Positions 50,262 through 64,000 of a stretch of 64,000 bases of DNA are shown piece by piece. Position 1 is the first letter of the stretch, and the number at the start of each line of letters is the position of its first letter. Origin of the DNA: Octopus sinensis. Its lineage: Eukaryota. A model generated the notes under the pieces. It was not told the DNA's origin. It did no database searches and saw only the letters and a program-made list of their open reading frames with translations. The stretch spans positions 61,008,001 to 61,072,000 of the forward strand of contig NC_043006.1 in assembly GCF_006345805.1 (NCBI RefSeq), read 5' to 3'. A program made the position numbers and the translations under genes.

Positions 50262-52040
50262 TTACAAAGTAAGTAAATTTACACGAGAAAATGCAGAAAA
50301 CTAGGATGAGAAAACTCGGTATTTTAAGTGCGACTGTTGTCTCCAGGAGCTCGGAATTACGTAGTAGTTGTAACGTTCGTGACTTGCAGTTGAAACGTCC
50401 AAAAATTCAAAGATATACAACCAGTGAAGGATCCACATAAACATTACCTCAATCAGGAGAGCGAGATCGGCAAATAGGAATTCACATCATTATGGAAGAA
50501 CATTTTACAGAAGAATGGGAGAAGAGGAAGGTAAGCAAAAGAAGGTAGAAAGAAGGTATAGGCGGTTCAAGGGAGTGTTAAAGTGCAAAAGGAGACAAGA
50601 GAAGCGGGACAGGGTGAGGAAGGAAGCGAATGACCAGCGGATTGAATAGAAGTAAAAGTACAATTGCTGAGCCAAGAGATGGGGAAGAGGCGATCAATGA
50701 ATTAGGTAGTGGGTGTTGGATAGCTGGAGAAGGGCTGATGAGAAAGTGAGGTAGATGCGAAGAGGAGAGAGAAGGATGGATATGAAATGATAAGGATGAC
50801 TTATAATTATTGTAGATGCAAGCAAAATGTCAAGGTGTAATTCACGGAAAGAAGATGAGGTAACATCAGAGGAAAACTGCTGAAGGAAAACGGTATAAAG
50901 AAAATAGATAGAGAGGTAGCTAGTGAAGACATAAAAGAAGGACAGATTGGTAACAGTGCCAACGTATAAGTAGTGGTAAATAGTACTGGTTGAGGGTGAA
51001 GTCAGGTCGAGAAGGTGAAGGAATTCGAGGGATGAGAGTGTGGTAGTGGCAGAGAAAGCTGTACTGTGGGAAGAAGGAACCTGCGAAGAGAATCGATAGG
51101 AAGAGACATAGTGAAACGGAAGAATAAATAGAAGAGATATGTTGCTATTACAACCAACTAAGCGGGCATTTAATATTCAGAATTAATTAAGGGAGTTATA
51201 TAGACTACACACAATAGGTAAACATTGAGTAAAATTTGTGCTTACAATGAAAAATTTCGTCCAAAAATGTATTGAGTAATGAGATGCGGTAGTGGTGAAG
51301 AATGGCAAGAGATTACAAGATCCCAGGTTAGTATTGCACAGGTATTCTCGCAGAGCATGGACCAGGATAGAGTATAAAGAATATTTTGGTACCTAATGTT
51401 ATGTAAACAATTTTCTTGGGAGGTAGTGTTTAGAAATTTGAATGGTTAAAGCATTTATGTGGGACAGCAACGGCGCTTGATATCGACCATACTGCCAATG
51501 TAAACCCTTGCCTGGTGGAAGTGTGGTATAACTACCTGACATTTATAAACTACATTAAAGCGTAGACAGTAACCTTTAAGTGGGCAGAATTTGGAAGTCC
51601 ACGGGTTGAATGATTTCCTGTCAGAGTGAGAATAGAAATGATTTCTACACACAACTCGTTCGTATGGTTTGATGTCGCCAAAGAAGGACTGGAGGCATTA
51701 TCAGTACTGATGTTGATTTGAGAGAGGGTGTTACCGTTGTAAAATGTGGTTATGTTGGTATTCGTAGGGGAAGTAACATCATGGCTGCTTTCAATGAATC
51801 GGGTAGTGTTTCTAAGGGTAGTATTTTTGCTACCAGGTGGGTTGGTATCCATTTTAAACTCGAACGAAGTTCAAGGTGAGAGGATTCATATTTGCTTCCT
51901 CTCGTAGACGTAAGCCTCACCTCCTTAAGTTAGACCCGAAAATCACACCCGCTGAACCTCACCCTAAACAACCTGGTAGCACCAATAATACCCTTAGAAA
52001 CCATACTCGATTCAATGATAACGACCAAGGTGTTGCTGCT
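50262..52040 (-). mobile_element. Degenerate second Naiad-type Penelope-like fragment
   Basis: Minus strand ~51610-51200: FCPLKGYCLRFNVVYKCQV...VYIGSMVDIKRR...NTTS...YTLSWSML...SLLNTFLDEIFHCKHKFY (across frameshifts), paralleling the C-terminus of 17061-19582. A ~50-bp inverted repeat (51790-51838 / 51971-52020) lies at the 5' truncation. Confidence 0.7.
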
Positions 52041-52062
52041 GCTACTGCTGCCACTACTACTA

Positions 52063-52115
<53 letters not shown>

Positions 52116-52791
52116 AAACATTTATGTATATATAGACACATATATATATATATATAGATAAATTCATTGTTTCGACACATTTTACACCTTAAATACGTTG
52201 CTGAGGAGTTTACATGATAGCCTTTCACATAATTGTTTAATTAAGTCCTTCGTTAGATGTTCTCGTCATTTTACTCAGTGTAATAATGCATGCCGAAATC
52301 GATGTGTCATTTTCAACAATTTACAGGCAAAAACAAAATCTATATATATATAGTAACAGACAAAATACAATTAAAATCAAAATACTTAAATAAATAGCCA
52401 GGTAGGCTATAAATTATCATTCTAACATAATGATCAAATTAGAAATTATAAACGAAATGGACAATCAAATAAAGACTGAAATTAAGCATTTAAAGATAAT
52501 AAATTGATACAGTCATGAAAACGGATCATTTCAGTACTTATCAACTAACTCCTTGTCTCGTTTAAGGATCTAAATTACTCTCCGTGACTTGCGACAAAAC
52601 AAATGGCCCCATTGTAGATTCTAACCTATAATTAAAGTTAATTTATTACATTATCATCTAATTTTTATATACGTTTTTGAAACAATTAGAATAAAAAAAT
52701 GTTTGTAAGCAAATTTAACCTCCCTGTATATACATTCTCCCTTTTGCACAATTACAAGGTTGACTATATATATATATATGTATATATATAC

Positions 52792-52862
<71 letters not shown>

Positions 52863-55084
52863 GTGTGTGTGTGTGGTGTGTGTGTGTGTGTGTGTATGTG
52901 CATTTTTTGCGTAATGAGATAAAAAAAACCAGGCTGTATAAATTTTTGAGCATTTATAGATAGAAGGTCTTACACCTATTTCTAGGATATTAATTAATAA
53001 TATCGCTTCATCGGAGACGGTGTGAGAGAAAAAAATAAGTCATAGTTAGTTTCGATGTGATACAAATAGAGGGTGAGGTGGAGGAAAGAAAATAGATATA
53101 AGATACGTATGGTTATTGAATTCGTAAATACATTTTATAGGCTTAATGGTATATATGTGTACTATTCCTAAACTCTACATCCTTATGGACTCATATTAAA
53201 CTCTGTTGGAATTTTGGATTTTACTCAAAGGATATTGGAATATTACACATATATACCATTATGCCTACAAATAAAAGCTGGTATCGGGCGAGACGAACAT
53301 AGTACTTTAAAAATTTACTATGAGTTAAAAATAGTAATTTTAAAAATTACTATGAGTTAATAGTGTGCTATAGTTTCGGCTTTAACCTGGAAATTAAATA
53401 AATCAATGAAAAAAATAATTTAATTTAAATTTGTCAAGTTTGGCCTTACTCAGCACTATCGCTCCATATTTACGAAGAAACGTGAATAATTTATATACTA
53501 GCAGAAACACCCCTCATTGATTGAGTAGAAAAAAGCTGCTAAAATTGTAGTTTGAATATTGAAAGTGATTTACTGTATTGAGCATATGTATATGAAAGGA
53601 TTGTCAACTTTCATGTAGATTATAGAGCTGTTTCCCGCTGGCAAATATGATCTATGATCTCTAGTATTTCAGTCTATAAATGAAACAAACATCAAACAGA
53701 CTTTGGCTTATGTGTAGTACAAGGTAACTAAATTAAATTAGGGCAAAACTGAAAGCATATATACTATAATTCATTGAAATTAACAAACAAACATACAAGT
53801 GGATTTTCTTAGACGAATGACCTGATGACTCGAAAATATAATTATAAAACGACTAAAACCATTATAATACTGCTATTAAAGTGCACACATACAAATTTAA
53901 TAGGAATATAGAGCAACAGACTATCTCTATGAGTAGCATACTTCTTAGACAAAGAATAATGATGGAGAGAATTGAAAATCAAGTATTGTAAATCATGAAA
54001 AATAGGCCATAACTAATTTCCCGTGTTTAGCTTTCCCAGAACTTTCATTTAGTTTTGTTGTATCTGGGGAGAGTCATTCTAATTTGATGACTTATTAACA
54101 TTCACCGGTTCGATTTCCACTCATATTTTTACTCTTCTTCAATTTTTTGTTGATTCTTGCAGTATCTTCATTAGTTGTTGAAGATGTCCGTTATCAGAGA
54201 TAACTTTTTTGCATTTGTTTGTTTATATGTTTGTTTCTAAACATGTAAATGCGTCAGTGTGCACGTGCATACACATATGCATGTATGAGTGTATGCATGG
54301 ATGTATGTATGTGCGTGTAGTATATATATATATATATATGGGTGTGTGTACGTATGTATACATGTATGTATTCTGCATAGATTTATACATATACATATAG
54401 ACGCATATCTGTTGTGCTATTGTGGTTACTTGATTGAATTATTTAATCATTAATGGTGAAGCTTCGGATTACAGAATTAACTGATAATTTAATTGTTTCA
54501 AAATGTCCTCGTCGCTTACGATCAACGTGCTCTAAATAAGAATGCTTTACGTGGTTTAGGATTTTCACTGCCCTTTTTAGCATGTATCAATACCACAATT
54601 TTAACGCACTCATATATATATATATATACATACACAAACACACATATATGTACATACAAACACACACACATTTAAACATTGATGCTTACTCATGTTGATG
54701 TGCAAATATATATATATATATATATATATATACGTGAATACATATAAATTTCTGTGCGCGTGTGTGTGTATTAAAACAAAGATAATTGAGTAAGCAACAT
54801 GCATTCTAGGAATATAATTAATTAAAAGTCAATTAGATCTCCAATATGGAGAGGAATCATTGAAGACAGCCTACTGAGAGATTGGAATATAAAAATAAAT
54901 TTCCTATATAATCACATCACATATATACTACTACCTCAAGACGATGATTTTTTGAGGTGTGTCAAAGACTTGTCTGATGCCTCGTAGTAGTGATTGTTAT
55001 CTCATTCTACATGAAATTCAATTTTTGTTTAAAACTCAGATAAATATGTTTTGCTGTTTCCACACACACACATACACACACACA

Positions 55085-55142
<58 letters not shown>

Positions 55143-55160
55143 CATATATATATATACATA

Positions 55161-55308
55161 CGACGAACTTCTTTCACTTACCGTCTAAAACTTTGGTCAT
55201 ACCGAGGGTCTGGTAGAAGACACCTGCCCAAGGTGCCGCGCAGCGGAACTGAACCCAGAACCATGTGGTTGGTAAGCAAGCTACTTGCCACACAACGACT
55301 CCTGCGCC
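55161..55308 (-). mobile_element. CORE-like SINE head (family of 25726-26121)
   Basis: Minus strand: GGCGCAGGAGTCGTTGTGTGGCAAGTAGCTTGC...GGGTTCAGTTCC...GGCACCTTGGGCAGGTGTCTTCTAC. Confidence 0.8.
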
Positions 55309-55409
55309 TATATGCATATGTGTATATAATACATATATATATACACACATATATATATATATTATATATATATATATATTATATATATGTATATATACAT
55401 GCATATCTG

Positions 55410-55443
<34 letters not shown>

Positions 55444-55486
55444 CTTTCTTTCATTCTATCTATCTATCTATCTATCTATCTATCAA

Positions 55487-55547
<61 letters not shown>

Positions 55548-55549
<2 letters not shown>

Positions 55550-56175
55550 ACAATTTATAAACAAGGGGAAAATAAAAAAAAATATTTCTATGCCAATATG
55601 CTGAGAACAGATATTTAATTGTCAATCACCACCTGTCAATATACATAAGTTATGCTGAAATCTAGGAAAGCAAGCCAACGGAATTTTTTTAACAATTCGT
55701 TTTTTTATATAGAATTAATTTTGTGATTAATCCTATGGATTTTTCGCCCTTCAGTAGAAAATACGTTAAAAAATAAATTAAATACTTGCAAGCAACCATG
55801 GAAAAAAACAGAAGCATGAATCATGGGTAGACATAAGTACCCCAGTCATATTTAAATATAAAATCACTTAGGATTTTATATTTAGATATAACTGGGGTAC
55901 TTATGTGTACCCATGACTCTTGCTTCTGTTTTTTTCTATGGGTCCTTGTAAGCATTTCATTTATTTCTTATCGTATTTTCTACTGAAGAGGGAAATAATC
56001 CATACGATTAATCCCGAAATTGATTCAATATAGAAATAAAGAATTTCCTCGATTTCAGCGCGATGTGTATGTATAGTGAATGTAAATTGAAATGTGTTGA
56101 TTGACGACTCAAAGTCTGTTCTCATCATATTGGCATAGAAATATCTTTTCTTTTGCCCTTGTTTATAAATTGTTT
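55548..56175. mobile_element. ~630-bp foldback element (whole element is an imperfect palindrome)
   Basis: Arms 55548-55865 and 55872-56175 pair along their length around the 6-nt loop ACTTAG. Termini are AAACAATTTATAAAC / GTTTATAAATTGTTT. Confidence 0.88.
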
Positions 56176-56259
56176 ATAATTTTCACCTTTATGCTGCCAC
56201 TCTTGATGAAATTTTTTCTGAAAAATTTTATCCTACTTAGGTAGTAGTAGTAGTAGTAG

Positions 56260-56292
<33 letters not shown>

Positions 56293-58450
56293 TATATATA
56301 TATAATACCAAATGGGACAAGAACGCAAAACATCCGGACAGTTAGGTGATACAAAAATGGAACAACAAAACGTCCAGATAGACGAAACAAAGTAAACAAA
56401 GACGGGTCATTCGAACTTTTCTTTCCTCAGTCGAGTACCTGATTATCTTCGCAATTTCGATATATATATATAAACATACAAATAATGTCTAAAACAGATT
56501 CTATTAAAACACAGAAATGTTTATGAACTGAAAAAGAAAATCCAATATTTTATCCTATATTTTCTTTTATATCAAATTACGCACCTGCACGCAAACATAC
56601 ATACACACTAGCACAAACACTCCTAGAGAAACAGACAACGAAACCCATACATGCCGGCACACACACCAAGGGGTAGGCACGCTCGCACATAACTTAATAA
56701 ATTGTCTACTCACCCTTAATACTACATTTCATTTTCTTTTACGTAACTGAGTGCAACTTAATGCACCGTAAAGATAATTCTTCTGTCAGCAAAAAATGTG
56801 TTACCCTTCTGCCAGAGATTGTGCAGTCGCTTCTAATCAGATGGGGAAAACAACTCAGATGTTAATAACTTCATTTATTCTGGTAAATTTCGTCTATGAC
56901 ATTTCAAAATATGTCTATAACAGTTCATTTTGGATTTGCTGTTCAGAGATATCAATATTTACTAAAATGAAACTAATTCTTTCCTTCTCTGGAATTGAAG
57001 CTGAGCATGTGCTAGTTATGTTATGCCTTGGCAATATATCCGGTAAACCTCATATAGCTCATTTGGATACCATCCTGAGGACTGAAATAAACCTTCTTCC
57101 TACCGAAAATACCCCGTTTTCAATAATTGCTTGTTGGAGGTCTGCTTCCACTGCACTGCATGGATCGCATTTTAGTCTCTGCCTCAAAATAATGAAGCCA
57201 ACATCAATCCAGACTTAACAAATATTTGAAGAAACCAGCTGAATCTGACTCAAATAATGGGGACACATACAGGTTCGAACTTTACATGTGATTCATCAAA
57301 ATAAATTTCTCTTTGAAAATTGCAACGTTACAGACTTAAAGCTATCATCAATTCAAAAAGAAATAGATATCTATTCCTAAATTCAATGAGAACAATTATT
57401 ACGTAACTCAAGACATCTAACGCCAATTTGTTCTTTCAATTGAAATGCTAAAAGCAGCTATTATTTACATCAATCTTATCTTCTTTAAACAATGGTATAT
57501 AACGGACCTCACGGGATTTAATTCAGTATAAGTTACTTTTCAAGCCTTAGCCGACAATGAGTTTCTAATGTAATGTAGTTGGTTAATTGTATAACTTTAC
57601 CTAGACATCTTGTTATTTTTAGAGTCTTTCAGTAAGTTATGTCCACAAATAAAATAGTACGTTTGTCTCAAAATACTTATCGTTCTGTGTTATCATTTTT
57701 TTTTCATTTCATCCATTAGTGTCATGTTTAATACAATTTAAAATGAACAAAACTATTTATAGAACTTATACTAAAACAAATCAAAATTTATTTTGTTTAC
57801 AAGGTTTCTCAGATCTTAATAACTTATAATATATTTTCGTATCTTTATAAAACGCCAGATTAACAGTTACAGCTACAAATATACAATAGTTTGACAATGT
57901 GTTGTAAAAATATCATGAATATGTTCAAATTTCATTATATCCCATTAAGTACCGACTGAAATATCACTCTAAGCATTCTTATTGCTTTTTTGCTTTATTT
58001 AAAAGTATAATATCCCTGTGGCAACTATGTACCTCAGATTTGATAACATCAGTAATTGTGATCGCAATATATAAACAAAAGTGTATTTTGTTAGAAACAT
58101 TTTCAATAACCTAAAGTTTGCTTGTCTAAATACTGCTTGATGTTGATACTGTTGAATTTTTTTCCAGCCTGCCTGTCTCATAGCGCAGCTCAGTCAAGGT
58201 TGTTCACTGTGTAAGGTTTTAAATTGGCTCAGATTTGCCTCTCTGTGTCCATAGTTGCCTTTCTTCGGCATTTTCCATTGGTTACGGCTAAAGTGCTGGA
58301 AACGGTGCCTCGGTGAATCCGACAGGGGCAACACTGGGTAGATATAGCGCTTTTCACCTTTTATAGTATATAAAGACAGTGTTGTTAGTAGGCCGCTTTG
58401 TAGGCGTCTGTGTGCATCTCTGTGTGTGTGTCTGTGTATGCGTATGTATA

Positions 58451-58496
<46 letters not shown>

Positions 58497-59194
58497 GTGT
58501 GTGTATATGTATACATATATAAGTAAATGGATACGCATATGGATATGTGTCTATACCGGTAGATATTTACATAGGTAATACTGACAGACGGGCACATACA
58601 CACATACACATACATATATACATACATATATAAACACATACATACATACATACATACATACATCATACATACATACATACATACATACATATACACACGT
58701 ACGTGGAAATGACGACTGAAATACAACAGCATATACATACAAGCACTCTTTACACAACGACACATATGGAGACACATCTATACATAACAGATGCACATAC
58801 ATAGTCACACAAACCCATACACAGACACACACAAACATGCGCACACAAGTAGACAGAGGTACACACACAAATACACGCACATGCATACATACACATACAC
58901 ACATAAAAACACACGAACATACACACACAAGGCTCAATGAGACAGAGATACACGCACAAACACACGCACACGCATACGGACACACACAGATGCAAAGACT
59001 GTTATATATCAGTGCTTCATTTTCCGGGTGCTAGGTCAAGTCATGTAGGTGATTCGGTCCTTAAATCCACTCGATGCCAGTGTCTCATTACAGTATGGGG
59101 CAGCGACGTCGAAGATATCTTGGCTTGAGGATAGATTCGAGAACTCTTGCTTACACATTTCACTAGGTTCTCGAAATTTCAAATACTCGTTAAT

Positions 59195-59870
59195 TTAAAG
59201 TGGTAATAGGGCATTGGCGTCTATTTCTGCAGTGCGTGGTGAGCATAAGGCCAATCCCGTTTTATAATTATGTATGTAATTATAAAATATGATGTAGAAT
59301 TTACCCACGATGTTTTTATTTCCGCGCTGAGTACCGGGTTATATTATTAAAGGTTTTTACCCTTTATTATAATAAATAATTGAAACATTTATTCCTTGAT
59401 CGAAATTGTATTAATTGCAGCCTAGATCTTGATACACTACACGTAGGTATCAAAGAAAGATGTGAATCCTATTTTGCAGTATATTTCTACGAGTGTGGGT
59501 GGATATCGGTTATGCGACGTCGCAGCTCGCATGCATATTTTGAGATGATTGTACATTTATGCTATGGAACACATTCGCTGATGAGAATAGTAAGTAAAAT
59601 TTCTTTTCGTTAAGCTTGAAACAGGAACTTGTACGCGGTTAACCGAAAAGTTGTTGATTCATTATTTTTCTTTTGTGTTTCTCGGAGAGTTTAAGGTGGT
59701 AACAGGACTTATGGCGCCTATTTCTACAGTGCATGGTGAGGCGTAAAGCCAATCCCTTGTTATAATTATGTATATAATTATGAAATATTTTGTAGAATTT
59801 ACATATGAGGTTTTTACTTCCGTGCTGACCACCTAGTAAAAATATTAATGTCGTTATCCTTATTATAATA
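59195..59870. repeat. Diverged ~180-bp direct repeat pair (59195-59373, 59691-59870)
   Basis: TTAA(A/G)GTGGTAA...GGCG(T/C)CTATTTCT(G/A)CAGTGC...GCCAATCCC...GTAGAATTTAC...TTATTATAATA in both copies. Confidence 0.8.
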
Positions 59871-59915
59871 TATACATATATATATATATATTATATATAT
59901 ATATATTATATATAT

Positions 59916-62088
<2,173 letters not shown>

Positions 62089-62358
62089 TATATATATATA
62101 TATTATATTATATATATATATATATATATACATATATATATAATATATATATTCATGCATATACATATGGGTGTGTGTGTATATTATATATGTATGTATA
62201 TATATATTTATGTATAGGTGTGTATATACATACACACACACCAATATACATATATATATATACATGCATATACATATATACATATGCATACATACAAGCA
62301 CATATTATGTATATATATATATATTATATATATATATATCTACCCACAAATATACATA

Positions 62359-62404
<46 letters not shown>

Positions 62405-62831
62405 CATACTTAATATACTTACACTGAGATGTACACACCCGCGTGCGCACACACGTACATGGATAGTTATAGAGATTGAGAGACATAGGGATAGATAGAG
62501 ACTGTACGTGTTTAAGAGAGTGTGAATACTGGGATTTGGCTCACACAATATAAACAGAAAAGAAAAAACACCGGTTCAACCAAGTAATTTACTATGAACG
62601 GCACCAGCCATTCATTCAAGCAGACACCCAGTAAATTTTCATGAATGCGTTTCATGAAACAATTTCTTATATGAATAAAGAGAAATGAAACATTAAATCA
62701 TTGTAATATTCTTGAAAGACAGATCCATCGTATATTTTAATCCCGCTTAGAAGTAGTAGAATGTTAACATGCCAACATAAGAAAATATATTTTAGCTATT
62801 TAAATGACTGTGTGTACGTGCATGTGAATGC

Positions 62832-62868
<37 letters not shown>

Positions 62869-62879
62869 CATGCATACAT

Positions 62880-63090
62880 AAGTGATACCTCCGCGCTGGA
62901 AATAGCAGCCATGTCTTGAATCTAAAAAAAGATTGAATGTTCATACAGCACCAGGAGAGAAGACAAGAAGACAAAATAAACTATCAAACAATATTTTGTC
63001 TTTTTGTCCTCTCTCCTGGGGCTCTAGGAATATTTAATGTGGTTTTAGAATCAAATTTTGGCTGCTATTTCCAGCGTGGAGCTATCTCTT
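62880..63090. mobile_element. ~210-bp palindromic MITE
   Basis: GATACCTCCGCGCTGGAAATAGCAGCC / GGCTGCTATTTCCAGCGTGGAGCTATC termini, plus inner arms CCAGGAGAGAAGACAAGAAGACAAAATA / TATTTTGTCTTTTTGTCCTCTCTCCTGG. Confidence 0.85.
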
Positions 63091-63227
63091 AGATACCGTA
63101 AATTATAATTTTAATAATAATTATTACCTTTGAAGGTTTTTATTCCCATGCTGGTCACTTGATAAGTTCGATATTTAAATGACGATCTTGTCCATATTTA
63201 TAAGAATATATATATACATACATATAG

Positions 63228-63276
<49 letters not shown>

Positions 63277-64000
63277 TACATGTATATATGTGTGTTAGTA
63301 TCCGTATGCATGTGTGCATGTGTGTGTATTTGTGTGTGTGTGTGTGTGTGTATGTGTGTGTGTGTGTGTGTGTGCATATGTATTACTCGACAGTTACATG
63401 TATAAATGTTTTGACAACTCCACTCGTTTATTATTGCAATATTTATTTTAACGCCAGTCCATTTTCCGGAAATCTTTCGTCACACATCTGTGACATATCC
63501 ATATGTATGTACGTGTGTGTATGCATGTAGGTGTGTGTGCATATATATGTATGCATGTGTACACATTTGTATATATGTACTCTGCATGTATGTGTGTATA
63601 CATGCGTGCTCGTTTGTATATATATATATATATGTTTCTGCATATACATGTGCTTGTTTGTTCGTGTTTGTGTGTATGTGTTTGTGTGTTTGGGCGTGCT
63701 TATGTTTATCAAGTACACTCAATACAATGGAGGAGGCAGGTTGCTCTTGGAAGCTGTATAATAACTGCGAGACTTAAGGTGTCATATATGAGGAAACGGT
63801 GATACCTAGACCTTATATCCCTAATGACAGTAATGTAACATCAAACAGCAATGTTATTAGCAAATTAACCAGGTCAATATAGTTGCTACGTCCTGAGCTA
63901 CCAACCAAATCGGGGTCAGCATCACATAGGGTTCCACCTAAGATCCCGGTGCCACCTCCACGGATAATGAACAAGCCATAAATGCAAATAGTACAAACGC

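Noticed and set aside
30880-56435. Other partial CTGANGA/GAAA matches (30880-30950 minus, 31290-31345, 49340, 50330-50400, 53822, 56401-56435)
   Set aside because: Each lacks at least one stem or core block. They may be pLTR relics but cannot be supported as ribozymes.
56796-57218. 140-aa plus-strand ORF and a coding-looking but stop-ridden antisense frame
   Set aside because: No recognisable motif; neither strand can be supported without homology or expression data.

Overview
AT-rich eukaryotic, largely intronic/intergenic DNA, saturated with (TA)n, (CA)n, (TACA)n and (ATT)n microsatellites. These generate most of the ORF track, which is spurious. The SINE and repeat repertoire suggests a cephalopod, probably Octopus (inference from recall, not a search). 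Main contents: (1) a ~10.4 kb Penelope-like retroelement of the Naiad type (12271-22638). Its ~840-codon RT + GIY-YIG ORF is disabled by one frameshift and two TAA stops. It has multi-kb direct and inverted terminal repeats, three identical minimal hammerhead ribozymes, and a head-to-head geometry with both outer ends being 3' ends embedded in TA repeats. (2) A ~2.75-copy tandem array of a ~600 bp non-coding unit (47638-49287). Every unit carries a complete type I hammerhead with an unusually long stem II, a retrozyme/circRNA-like organisation. (3) A near-full-length RTE LINE with one frameshift (42845-46720, minus). (4) Further degenerate Penelope-like fragments and hammerheads (201-259, 49395-52040, 60170-61516). 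(5) An internally deleted Helitron, tRNA-derived SINEs with swappable tails, a TSD-flanked RT-less retroposed element sharing the SINE tail, several foldback/MITE elements and local tandem duplications. No host gene could be named; weak candidate minus-strand exons lie at about 1.1-3.7 kb.
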